Assembly (NCBI GenBank): GCA_035250975.1
Contig: DATFEP010000086.1
Location: 1 to 39,250 of the forward strand
Direction: 5' to 3'
DNA from: Nitrososphaeraceae archaeon
GTDB lineage: Archaea > Thermoproteota > Nitrososphaeria > Nitrososphaerales > Nitrososphaeraceae
Length of the DNA stretch: 39,250 bases
Under the pieces are notes generated by a model. The model was not told the DNA's origin, did no database searches, and was given only the letters and a program-made list of their open reading frames with translations. Shown here one piece after another: positions 19,545 through 29,700 of the stretch. The first letter of the stretch is position 1; each line of letters starts with the position of its first letter. The position numbers and the translations under genes were made by a program.

Positions 19545-21512
19545 TTGTTGTTAGTATTGTTGTTTTCCAATCTGATTATCTCTCCTGGAAATTTATTAAT
19601 ACTAGAATCATCTTATTCTCTTAAAGAAAATAAAAAAAATAGTACACAAACACCCTTAGAACATATTATTGTGATCTCTCAAGGAGGTAGAAGCTTTGAT
19701 AATTATTTTGGAACATATTCTGGGGCCAATGGATTTCCTAATAACATTTCGATACCCATAAATTCTCTGTCTAATACCATTGATTTTAATAATTTTACAG
19801 TGTATCTTGACTTTAGATTGAATCAATCTCTGTCAAAAAGTGACCAAATTCTCATCAATAAAGGGGGAATTGGGAAGGAAAATCCCGGAAATAACCTTAA
19901 TTTTGGAGTAATTCTCGATAAAGAGGAAAAAATTCAAGCTGGATTTGAAACTAAAACAGGTTCAGATTATTTTTTAACTTCCAAACAAAAATATAACGAT
20001 ACTAGATGGCACAGTATTCTGGTTTCATACGACGGATCTTTATTGAGTCTCTATATTGATAAGGTCTTGATTTCAAAAAAAAATACTAACACTGCTATTC
20101 CCGATGATAATAAAATACCTATCATTAGAATTGGCTCAAATTTTTTAAAATCAAACTCTTTTTTCACAGGAGATATCGATAATCTCAAGATTTGGAATAG
20201 ATCTCTGACAGAGAACGAGGTATATTCTTTATTTTATAATCCTGAAAAAAGTTATCGTTCCCAGGTAGACTTCGATTTCAGCTTTGAGCCGAACAAAATC
20301 AAGTCAGAACCAAAAAATGAATTTATTAGTTTTGATGGCAAGAGCTATCTTGATATTAAAATAATACCGGACGATCATGAGATTCAGCACATAAAACCAT
20401 TTGCTCTTGAGGATAAAAAAACATCTCAACTCAAATTCGATAAATCCGTGTTTGACATTTCATATAATTATGGTTTTATGGATGGGTTTATAGATGCTCA
20501 AAAAACTGCATCCTCTGACAAAAATGAAACGATTGTGATGGGATATTATGATGATAAAATTATTGGCATGTATTGGATTCTTGCATCATACTTTGTACTA
20601 ACCGATAATTTTTTTAGTCCATCACCCTTTAACGACCTTGCTAACAACCTTTATCTCTATTCTGCTGATCCTGATATATATAAAAAAAATGTACCTAAAG
20701 AAGGATTAATAAATATTAATAATACAATATTTGATTTATTAGAGAAAAATGGTTTGTCATGGAAAATTTATGTAGAAAACTACGATCCCAACTTGAACTA
20801 CACCAAAAACGACGAAACTTCAAAACGTCACTTAATGTTAAATCCAATTTTGGGAATTCCACGATTCCTAGAAAATCCTACACTGAATTCCAAGATAGTT
20901 GACTTGAAACAATATTTTAAAGATTTAAAAGATGATCTGCCAACTGTGTCATATATAATTTCCTCAGATAGTCACGAAAGTTCGCCAAAAGATGTAACCA
21001 AAGGAGAGGAATTTGTTACTTCATTGATTATTGAGCTTATGAAAAGTACATATTGGAAACATAGCGTGTTTATATTAACATACAGTAGTTCAGGTGGGTG
21101 GTATGATCATGTTATTCCCCCTAAAGGAAGTGACTATGAATTTGGTTTTAGGATTCCTACCATGATAATTTCACCATATTCAAAAGAGGGTTTTGTAGAC
21201 AGTACATTGTACGATACTGCTTCAATCCTGAAATTCATAGAATATAACTATAATCTTTCTGCTCTAAATTCACGTGACTCTTCTGCAAACAATCTTTTGA
21301 ATGCTTTTGATTTTAACAGGGAACGCACAGATGCAGGGGAGATTATCAGGAAATTAATAGAGGAATATGAATTGAGAACCTTTCAACCTAAGGAAATGGA
21401 TAAAGATGAAAATATCTCATTGATCTTTATATTGTATGCCAGTATATTGATAGTCATTCCTTCTTTATATTTTTCAATAAGATTCTTTCTTAAGTTTAAA
21501 AAAAATAATTAG
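19545..21512 (+). CDS. Phosphoesterase (PLC/AcpA) family protein with inserted LamG-like domain and C-terminal TM anchor
   Basis: EHIIVISQGGRSFDNYFG, DNFF, GGWYDHV, GFRIPTMIISP, YDTASILKFIE; LamG motifs WHSILVSYDG and FTGDIDNLKIWNRSLT. Start uncertain. Confidence 0.85.
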   Translation: MLLVLLFSNLIISPGNLLILESSYSLKENKKNSTQTPLEHIIVISQGGRSFDNYFGTYSGANGFPNNISIPINSLSNTIDFNNFTVYLDFRLNQSLSKSDQILINKGGIGKENPGNNLNFGVILDKEEKIQAGFETKTGSDYFLTSKQKYNDTRWHSILVSYDGSLLSLYIDKVLISKKNTNTAIPDDNKIPIIRIGSNFLKSNSFFTGDIDNLKIWNRSLTENEVYSLFYNPEKSYRSQVDFDFSFEPNKIKSEPKNEFISFDGKSYLDIKIIPDDHEIQHIKPFALEDKKTSQLKFDKSVFDISYNYGFMDGFIDAQKTASSDKNETIVMGYYDDKIIGMYWILASYFVLTDNFFSPSPFNDLANNLYLYSADPDIYKKNVPKEGLININNTIFDLLEKNGLSWKIYVENYDPNLNYTKNDETSKRHLMLNPILGIPRFLENPTLNSKIVDLKQYFKDLKDDLPTVSYIISSDSHESSPKDVTKGEEFVTSLIIELMKSTYWKHSVFILTYSSSGGWYDHVIPPKGSDYEFGFRIPTMIISPYSKEGFVDSTLYDTASILKFIEYNYNLSALNSRDSSANNLLNAFDFNRERTDAGEIIRKLIEEYELRTFQPKEMDKDENISLIFILYASILIVIPSLYFSIRFFLKFKKNN

Positions 21513-22014
21513 TCTTTTATCCAATTGAGACTGGGCTGTAAACCAGCTAACACTCATAAGCATTCTTACAATTTACTAGAAGGATCTAGTCATGTATTTG
21601 ATTGCCCCAGCAATATTGTTTTAGTGACTGTTGTTATAGTAAACAGTAATATAATATCGCCACAACTTTAAAGGTAGCAATAAAGTATATTGTTTATCTG
21701 AATCTCTTATGAAACCAGTTTTTCCTAAGAAATGAGAAAAAACGGTTTAATTATCATTAATGCACATTTTGGTCTCAAATAAATATAAACTGGTAAGTGT
21801 AATTTCATCTAGCAATTGTAAATTCTATTTTTGGGACTATATTCAATAAATATCTTCAACCGATGTAAAAATTGCAGATCTTTAATCCAAAAATATCCAC
21901 TTTGCCTCATTATATGGCTTATGCATAGTTTTCTCATTGGGGAGTTCTATTAGGTTGTGTAATTTTATTTTATAGAAAATTCATAGTTAACATTCGGACT
22001 TTTCCTTATAATAG

Positions 22015-23202
22015 TTGCTTAGAACCACAGTAATATTGAAATATACTAAAACCTACCACATTTGGATATTGATTAGATCGAACATTAAACTATTTATTCT
22101 AATTCCTTTTTTATCTTTAATTCTTATTACATCAAGTGATAACTATTCAAGTGTTCATTCAGTTTCCGACAAAAATAGTAATCTTATCTTTCCTGGAGTA
22201 GGAGATGATCATGACGAAGACCAGGAAGCATCTCAGTCAACTACCGGTGACGATAAATCAAATTCAAACACAGATAGTAAGAAGTCTTATTCTGAAGAAA
22301 GTAAAACAACGGAATTTGCTAAAAAAGTAAAAAAAGATAAAGACAAGTCTGATGATGATAATGAAGATAATCACCATCCCTCCTCATACGCAAGACTTAA
22401 TTTTGTTGCAGCTGGGGATTGGGATTGTAACTCGAAAGCTAAAAAAACTGTCAAAAATATAGAAGAACTAGATCCAGAACTAGCTATTGGTTTGGGAGAT
22501 TACTCATACAGTGGAAGTGTGGGTTGTTGGTTAAAATTGGTCAAACCAATCTCCGATAATTTAAAAATAACAATGGGAAATCATGATGCCGAAAGCTCCA
22601 AAAAATTGAAAGATTTAATGAAATATTTTGGTTTGGAAAAGCAATATTATTCTTTTAATTTTGAAAATATTCATTTTGTTTCTCTGTCAACCGAGGTTCC
22701 ATATGATGATGATTCAAAACAATATGAATTCGCAACCTATGATTTAGAAAAATATTCAAATGATCCAAATATAGATTGGATAATCGTATTCTTTCATAGA
22801 CAATCCTATGGATCAGGTTCATCTCCAGAAAACGAAGAAAAATTTGCTGAAACATATCATCCCTTGTTTGACAAGTTTGGAGTAAATCTCGTATTGCAAG
22901 GTCATCAACATATTTATGAAAGAATGTATCCTCTTTCTTACAACGAAGAAGATGATAACGAACCCTACCTAACAGATGATAGTTCTAACGATTATAAAAA
23001 TATAGAGGGAACTGTTTTTGTGACTGTGGGAACGGCGGGGTCCTTTCCAACAGGTTTGGGATCTACTAATGACTATACCGCAGAACGTTTCATAAAATAC
23101 GGAGTATTAAATGTGGATATTGTGAATAACGGAAGAACGCTCGATGGTACATTTTATGGTAATGATGGAAAAATATACGATGAGTTCTCTATAGACAAAT
23201 AA
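22015..23202 (+). CDS. Secreted or anchored purple-acid-phosphatase-like metallophosphoesterase with D/K/S-rich linker
   Basis: GDWD, GDYSY, GNHD, VFFH, GHQH; N-terminal hydrophobic segment. Start uncertain. Confidence 0.87.
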   Translation: MLRTTVILKYTKTYHIWILIRSNIKLFILIPFLSLILITSSDNYSSVHSVSDKNSNLIFPGVGDDHDEDQEASQSTTGDDKSNSNTDSKKSYSEESKTTEFAKKVKKDKDKSDDDNEDNHHPSSYARLNFVAAGDWDCNSKAKKTVKNIEELDPELAIGLGDYSYSGSVGCWLKLVKPISDNLKITMGNHDAESSKKLKDLMKYFGLEKQYYSFNFENIHFVSLSTEVPYDDDSKQYEFATYDLEKYSNDPNIDWIIVFFHRQSYGSGSSPENEEKFAETYHPLFDKFGVNLVLQGHQHIYERMYPLSYNEEDDNEPYLTDDSSNDYKNIEGTVFVTVGTAGSFPTGLGSTNDYTAERFIKYGVLNVDIVNNGRTLDGTFYGNDGKIYDEFSIDK

Positions 23203-23886
23203 AATTCATGATATATTTTATTTCTAGGTTTTTTCTCTTTTAATTTGATTAAGATGCTATTCTGTTTATTTCGTTTCTCTATAGCTGACCATACAATATG
23301 TTACAAAATATATGGTTTAATTGTTTCTTTTATATAATCAAAGGAAAAACTGCAGAGCAACTCCTCATATTGTAAAAGAAATTTTCTAATTATTGAGTTG
23401 TAAAATTATCATATCATATATCACTAGAATGGGAAAAATCGAAGAATTAAATAAGAAATTCCTTTATTGTTCACATGCTCATGTTAATTTCGCTTTGAAC
23501 AAGCACAATTCTGTTGGAGCGATACAATAAATTTACTTTTTTCAGGCACAATTTGGAATCCTAATATAATTTTAAAAAGGACGACATTTCATGACAGTAC
23601 GATAACACTTGTTCTAACTACACTATTTCAATAGAATCAGATTTACATATTATTTACAAATCGGTTGAAGAATGAAGTTAAAAATCAAATTATTTATTGT
23701 AAAACCAGTTATCAATGCTTACAATTACAACATTCCTTTTGTATTAACGAGACGATTGCTTAATGGCCATAATAAATTCCGTCTTAATCTATAGGTTTAT
23801 TCTTTTAGGTGTTGGTTTACTCTTTTGGATGCTTTAGTTTCAATACTTTAAATCAAACACTAGGAATTAACCAAATTTACATTTTA

Positions 23887-24885
23887 TTAGATTTTATCGA
23901 ATACTTGTATTCGTGAGTTTCCTGTATCTGTTATGAAGATTCTACCATTTGGGTCTACCGCTAGATCTTCTGGTCGATTAAATTGTCCATCTTCTTTTCC
24001 TTTAGTGCCAAATTTTGTAATAAACTGGCCTTTATTATCAAATAGCTTTACATTCGCTGATGTTTTATCTACTACAACCAGTATATTTTCCTTATCGAAA
24101 TAATCTATACCTGGAAAAGTTTTTAAAAATTGCCCAGGACCATTCCCATACGATCCCCATTGAGTGATTAGACTAAAGTTATTATCAAAAACTTGTATTC
24201 GATAATTACCCATATCCGTTATGTACATGGTATTATTAGAATCAAATACCATTCCATGAGGATGTATAAACTGTCCTCCCCCTGAACCCTTGGAACCAAG
24301 AACTTTAATAAAATTACCATCTTTGTCAAACTTAAGTATCTGATTTCCATTCATATCACTCAGGTAAACAAATCCATTTGAATCGATTGATAATTGATGA
24401 GGTGTTCGGTCAGAGCCCCTGCCTCCCGTACTTTCAAACCCCCACTTTAAAATAAATTCACCGGTAGAAGCAAATTTCTGTACTCTGTGATTTTTTAGTT
24501 CTAATGTATAGACATATTTACCAGAAGGATCGACTGCAACATCATGTAATTTAAGAAATTGTCCATCATTGGAACCTGTCTCTCCCCATTTTAGAATAAA
24601 TTTACCATCCGAATTAAATTTTTGAATTCTATTGTTTCCAGTATCAGTGACGTATACATTTCCATTTCTGTCTATGTCAATACTATGAGGATTCATCAAC
24701 TGTCCATCTTGACCTCCCATTCCTCCAAATTTAAAGGAGAATTGATATCTGAGTTTATTATCTTCTCCAAAGACATAATTGAATACCAAGCCAAAATTTA
24801 TAGTGAATAAAACCAAGATAAAGACATAAATTTTAAAGCAATGATTCATACATATTAAATAACTATAGTTCTTTATAAATTTCAT
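23887..24885 (-). CDS. Secreted NHL-repeat six-bladed beta-propeller protein
   Basis: Six repeats of the GQFxxPxxIAVD...YVTDxxNxRIQKF type after a signal/TM segment. Confidence 0.9.
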   Translation of the reverse strand: MKFIKNYSYLICMNHCFKIYVFILVLFTINFGLVFNYVFGEDNKLRYQFSFKFGGMGGQDGQLMNPHSIDIDRNGNVYVTDTGNNRIQKFNSDGKFILKWGETGSNDGQFLKLHDVAVDPSGKYVYTLELKNHRVQKFASTGEFILKWGFESTGGRGSDRTPHQLSIDSNGFVYLSDMNGNQILKFDKDGNFIKVLGSKGSGGGQFIHPHGMVFDSNNTMYITDMGNYRIQVFDNNFSLITQWGSYGNGPGQFLKTFPGIDYFDKENILVVVDKTSANVKLFDNKGQFITKFGTKGKEDGQFNRPEDLAVDPNGRIFITDTGNSRIQVFDKI

Positions 24886-25034
24886 CAGTTACATTAAGGG
24901 GTGCATTTTATTAACCACAATATAAATTGAATAATACAAATACAAGATTAAACTTTCTAATTTTACTATCTCACGAGCATGTATTTTATTCCTTATTTTG
25001 ATCAAATCTTATTCCTATAAATCAAAACTGATTT

Positions 25035-25139
25035 TTATTTCAGTTGGCTATTGCTAAGTCCACATTCCTTACACTTAAATAAAATTACTTTTCCTTTTGC
25101 ACTTTCAACCATTTCGCCTCCACAACAAGGACATTTCAT
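25035..25139 (-). CDS. 34-aa zinc-ribbon microprotein (not in ORF track)
   Basis: MKCPCCGGEMVESAKGKVILFKCKECGLSNSQLK*; two CxxCG knuckles; TTTATAT 22-28 nt upstream. Confidence 0.75.
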   Translation of the reverse strand: MKCPCCGGEMVESAKGKVILFKCKECGLSNSQLK

Positions 25140-25202
25140 ATGCTCTCTACTTGGGCAATGATATAAATATTTTAGAGGGCCTTTATAATATTGCTAAACA
25201 AG

Positions 25203-25745
25203 CTAATTCGGAAGTTCTGAATTTATACTATTAAATGCTCCAATGGCTTGGTTTTCATATTCTGCTGCTTTTGAAAACAAGTCTTCAGATATCTTATTCT
25301 CTGTAATATTTCCAGTTTCAAGATATTTGACAAAATGTTTATTACTATCAATTTCACTATTTATTGATTTCAAATATGATTGAAATATTGGCGAATATTC
25401 TTTAGAAGGTGAGAAATTCTCCATTTTTTTAGAAATATTTTCAAGGGTCAAGGTGTAATCATTGGTGTTTTGAATTAGAGTTTCATTATTATTTTTTCCT
25501 TGTTTCCAGTCCGAATAAGATTGATAAAATTGGTTGAAGTATAACTTCACTTCATTATCCACGGATTGAAAAAATTGTTTTGAATTTTGTATGAAATCAT
25601 TAGATTCCACAGTACCCAACACATTATGATAAAAACCAAAATCCCTACCACTATCCTGAGCCATAAAACTAAGTTCTAATAATAAACTAAAAAGAAGAAC
25701 ATATATTAAATTCTTTTTCATATAACCACGGTTATAAGGCTTCAA
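25203..25745 (-). CDS. Secreted hypothetical protein, probably helical
   Basis: Signal-like MKKNLIYVLLFSLLL; long ORF in AT-rich DNA. Confidence 0.7.
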   Translation of the reverse strand: MKPYNRGYMKKNLIYVLLFSLLLELSFMAQDSGRDFGFYHNVLGTVESNDFIQNSKQFFQSVDNEVKLYFNQFYQSYSDWKQGKNNNETLIQNTNDYTLTLENISKKMENFSPSKEYSPIFQSYLKSINSEIDSNKHFVKYLETGNITENKISEDLFSKAAEYENQAIGAFNSINSELPN

Positions 25746-25827
25746 AGCATATTTATATTTATAATTTTTTTAAAATTTTACATTGAAATCGTTAATGGAG
25801 ATATTTATTTTAAATGCTCGAATAATA

Positions 25828-26715
25828 TCAAAAATTCCTTATAATTAATTCGTTATATCCAGACCTTCTATTGGGTTTACTGTTAATTGATCTTAATACA
25901 TCAACTTCAAAAATCTTAAATTTCTTATATAAATCTCTAACAACATTTGTATTAGAATTGCTCAGAATTATTTTACATCCCCTATGGTCTAGATCCTTGA
26001 ATAGGTTAGCAAGTCTGTTTTGTTCTAGACTGTCGAAGCCTGTATTTGTATATTCCGTGAAGTTAGCTGTCTCGTCTATGGGATGGTAAGGAGGATCTAA
26101 ATATATGAAATCATTTTCTTTAACGTTTTGTAACAAAATATTTTCATAATCTGCTGCTTGAACTATAGTTTTTGTTCTATGAAGTAAATTACTTACATTA
26201 ATTATATTTCTTTCATCACAAATCTTAGGTTTTTTATATTTACCAAAAGGTACATTAAAAATACCCTTTTTATTCACTCTATAAAGTCCATTATAGCATG
26301 TTTTATTTAACGTTATGAACCTTGCTGCCATGTCGATTTTATCTTTGGTACATCTCCCTCTCAGTTCATAATAAAATTTCTTTGGATTCTTGTAGTATTG
26401 ATTTTCATATTTCATTAAAACATGTATCAAACTATTTGGTTTTTCCTTTATTATTTCATAGGCATTTATCAATTCCTTATTTATATCGGATAAATATGAG
26501 ATAAAATTTTGATTATTATACCTGATTAGTTTCAAATAAAAAAAGAGAGCGCCTCCTCCCAGGAATGGCTCAAAATAGTTCGAAAATTTCTCTGGAAGAT
26601 GTTTCTCAATATCTACTAGTAAACGAGACTTACCACCAGCCCATTTTACAAATGGATGAAATTTACCTTTAATTAAATTATCTAATATAACCGAATTATC
26701 ATGAAAATATGACAT
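25828..26715 (-). CDS. dam: Dam-family N6-adenine DNA methyltransferase
   Basis: KWAGGK, EPFLGGGA, NGLYRVN, catalytic DPPY, LSNS. Confidence 0.92.
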   Translation of the reverse strand: MSYFHDNSVILDNLIKGKFHPFVKWAGGKSRLLVDIEKHLPEKFSNYFEPFLGGGALFFYLKLIRYNNQNFISYLSDINKELINAYEIIKEKPNSLIHVLMKYENQYYKNPKKFYYELRGRCTKDKIDMAARFITLNKTCYNGLYRVNKKGIFNVPFGKYKKPKICDERNIINVSNLLHRTKTIVQAADYENILLQNVKENDFIYLDPPYHPIDETANFTEYTNTGFDSLEQNRLANLFKDLDHRGCKIILSNSNTNVVRDLYKKFKIFEVDVLRSINSKPNRRSGYNELIIRNF

Positions 26716-26970
26716 GATACATTAACAGATTTCTCTATTTAGAATATAAAAGTTTAGTCTAATTATAGTCGTGGTATTTTGGTAATAACCTGTATAAAGG
26801 ATTAAAATAATGGAAACATAATATATCTTAATATTATAGTGATTACATTATAGTTGGTTTTATGTTATTTTCAATATAATATTTATGAGTAAAATTTTCG
26901 TTTCAAAAATAAAAAATATAAGAATAAAAAAATAATATATATACATCTTTCGTGAATTAAACAAATATTA

Positions 26971-28179
26971 TTATTTTTTAGCATTAAAAATATACTCGTT
27001 GGTTCTAAAAATACGATTTGAATAATTTGATAATCTTTTCAATGCATTTTCCTTTTCATAATCTTTATTCTCCGATCCTTTTATTACATCACTTAAATAT
27101 TTAATGTATTCATCGTATGTTTTTCTGGAGATAGGATACGGAACTCCATCTTTTCCACCGTGGGCATAGCTAAATTTCACAGGATCCTTCCATGAGGCTT
27201 TATCTCCATAGATGATCTCCGATATTAGTGCTAATGCTCTTATGACTGCAGGCCCAAGGCCCTGAATATTTAATAATTCTTCATAATTGATTGGCTGAAG
27301 ATCGTAGATTTTGTCAAAGACTTTCCAATTCAATCTTCGTGGCATCTCGTATTCTTGACATATTGCTGATTCAAAACTAGTAATACTATTGGATGAATTC
27401 AATTGGTCAATATTTTTTTCAATCCAAGGGTCCAATTTTACCTGATTTAATTTGAGAGGAATTTTTTTTATTGAAGAATGTATTAATCCTGAACCACTTT
27501 TAGCTAAATCCACAGAAGTTTTTCTATTGTGTTCTGAATCTTTTGAAGTCATATTCAATACATTGGATAATCTTTCTGAACTTATAATTCCTTTATGTGG
27601 TTCAATAATGTAACTTTTTAAATCATCAGAGATCCAGTGATATCTTCTTGCCATTCTGTTGTTCTTATTTAAGCCTTGCTGAATAATCGTCCAATTTCCG
27701 TTTTTATCAAAAAATACTACATGATGATAAAGGATATAACCGTCTTGGATTGCCGAGTTGTCTACTTTGGCAGACATTTTACTGGCATAAAGCAATCTAG
27801 ATATTTTCTGACTTGAAAGATTGTAATGTTTTTCTGCCAGTCTGGGTATCTCAATTTTTGTAGCTGTAGATCTCTTTCCTTTTCCTCCTGCTATCGATAC
27901 ACCGTGAAATTTATTACTTAGCGCTTGCTTCAAAACTCCTGTAACTACGGTGGTCAAGCCAGATGAATGCCAATCAAATCCAAGAGCACAACCAAAAGCC
28001 TGAAACCAAAGAGGGTCGGAAATCTTTTTAAAGAATTCATTTGTTCCCTTTTCTTCAATTATTATTTTTGAAATAGAAGAAGACAAAGATATCATACGCT
28101 TAATTAAATACGATGGAGCGTGTCCTCCGTGTAATGGTAAATTTACGGTTCCACGTCTCAATTTTATTAAAAATATCAT
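26971..28179 (-). CDS. DUF763-domain protein
   Basis: LPLHGGHAP, DPLWFQAFG, DWHSSGLTT, AKVDNSAIQDG, HhH-like IQGLGP, AHGGKDGVPYP. Confidence 0.88.
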   Translation of the reverse strand: MIFLIKLRRGTVNLPLHGGHAPSYLIKRMISLSSSISKIIIEEKGTNEFFKKISDPLWFQAFGCALGFDWHSSGLTTVVTGVLKQALSNKFHGVSIAGGKGKRSTATKIEIPRLAEKHYNLSSQKISRLLYASKMSAKVDNSAIQDGYILYHHVVFFDKNGNWTIIQQGLNKNNRMARRYHWISDDLKSYIIEPHKGIISSERLSNVLNMTSKDSEHNRKTSVDLAKSGSGLIHSSIKKIPLKLNQVKLDPWIEKNIDQLNSSNSITSFESAICQEYEMPRRLNWKVFDKIYDLQPINYEELLNIQGLGPAVIRALALISEIIYGDKASWKDPVKFSYAHGGKDGVPYPISRKTYDEYIKYLSDVIKGSENKDYEKENALKRLSNYSNRIFRTNEYIFNAKK

Positions 28180-28271
28180 TATCTCTGGTTGTTAATTCTT
28201 TCTTTTTTCTTAATTTATTATCGTTATTTGCTAGGAATTCAATAATATTACATACAGTTAATTATATTATA

Positions 28272-29264
28272 ATGATAAAAAAAATCTACGTTACACGTAG
28301 AATAGATGAAACTGGAATTAATCTGTTGAGAAAAAAGTATAGTGTTTTTATGAGTTTTAAACATACACCTCCCTCTAAAAAGGAATTACTAAAGAGAGTA
28401 AAGAATGTTGATGCAATCATATGCACTTTATCCGAAAGAATTGATTCTCACGTAATGGATGCCGCGGGTGATAATCTAAGAGTAATAAGTACTTTTAGTA
28501 CAGGATATGAACACATTGATGTCAACGAAGCCACAAAGAGGGGAATATATGTTACTAATACTGGTGATATCTTATCTGAGGCTACAGCAGATTTGACTTT
28601 TGCATTTATTCTTGCTTTAGGACGTAGAGTTGTTGAGGCGAACAAATATGTTTTAAGTAAAAAATGGAACCATGGTTGGATGCCAAATTTGTTTCTTGGA
28701 ACTAATATCTTTAATTCTACATTAGGAATCCTTGGATTAGGAAATATAGGCAGTGCAGTAGCAAGAAGGGCAAGAGGATTTAATATGAATATCTTGTACC
28801 ATAATAGACACAGATTGAATAGAAATAAAGAAAAAAAACTTGGGGTTAATTTTGTAGACAAGGATACATTATTAAGCAATAGTGATTTCCTTTCAATCCA
28901 TGTAAGTCTACAAAAAGAAAATTATCATTTAATCGATATAAATGATTTTAAAAAGATGAATAAAAATATATTTCTAATAAATACATCAAGAGGATCGGTA
29001 ATTAATGAAAAATCTCTTATTGTCGCCATACGCAAAAAGTGGATAGCAGGAGCAGGATTAGATGTTTTTGAATCTGAACCACTAAAAAAATCTAATCCCT
29101 TGTTGCAATTTAATAATGTTGTGATTCTTCCCCATATTGGCAGTGCAACGATACAAACCAGATCCAAAATGTCAGAAGTTGCGGCACTCAATATATATAA
29201 TATCTTTGAGGGTAAATCTCCACTGTTTCTTGTTAACAAAAATAGTATGAATGCATTGATATGA
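28272..29264 (+). CDS. D-2-hydroxyacid dehydrogenase (glyoxylate/hydroxypyruvate reductase type)
   Basis: GLGNIG, INTSRG, AGLDVFESEP, PHIGSAT. Start moved to ATG 28272 because the track start overlaps DUF763. Confidence 0.9.
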   Translation: MIKKIYVTRRIDETGINLLRKKYSVFMSFKHTPPSKKELLKRVKNVDAIICTLSERIDSHVMDAAGDNLRVISTFSTGYEHIDVNEATKRGIYVTNTGDILSEATADLTFAFILALGRRVVEANKYVLSKKWNHGWMPNLFLGTNIFNSTLGILGLGNIGSAVARRARGFNMNILYHNRHRLNRNKEKKLGVNFVDKDTLLSNSDFLSIHVSLQKENYHLIDINDFKKMNKNIFLINTSRGSVINEKSLIVAIRKKWIAGAGLDVFESEPLKKSNPLLQFNNVVILPHIGSATIQTRSKMSEVAALNIYNIFEGKSPLFLVNKNSMNALI

Positions 29265-29286
29265 TAACGATTTATTTCTTGGAATC

Positions 29287-29571
29287 CTAAAATTCTACTT
29301 CTCTTTGAGATATTACTTCTTCATAATCCTCTTTGGTACCTTTTATACAATTTGTTGATACCATTTTACTATTTTGTATGTTTATTTTTCCCTTTGGGAG
29401 TAAATTTGTTTCTTGTAGTAATTCAATTTTCCTTTTCATGAATGCATAATGATCTTCACATGACATTCCAACCAAAAATTCATCGTTGTTCTGAATCGAC
29501 ATTATATATGACGGAGGTATAATACATCTAATTTTTTTTGAAGAGTAAGAGCATTTATTTGTTAATGCCAC
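29287..29571 (-). CDS. Hypothetical protein with Cys/His residues
   Basis: 94-aa ORF, GTG start, TTATAAA box upstream; C-x8-C and CEDH. Confidence 0.7.
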   Translation of the reverse strand: MALTNKCSYSSKKIRCIIPPSYIMSIQNNDEFLVGMSCEDHYAFMKRKIELLQETNLLPKGKINIQNSKMVSTNCIKGTKEDYEEVISQREVEF

Positions 29572-29700
29572 AAATAATTTTATATTTTCGCCTTTATAAT
29601 CTAACTGATATCAATTTTAGAGATTTTTCCTACTACTTGCAGTTGATCTTAACGAAGTTTATAAAAGAGAGTAATAGTAAAGTTCTAGTAAGATTGTAAG

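Noticed and set aside
21513-23886. IS or MITE remnants in the gaps 21513-22014 and 23203-23886
   Set aside because: No terminal inverted repeats, target duplications or transposase motifs could be identified by eye.
28113-28271. N-terminal extension of the 2-hydroxyacid dehydrogenase
   Set aside because: Overlaps the DUF763 start and the divergent promoter; the recognisable domain begins at ATG 28272.
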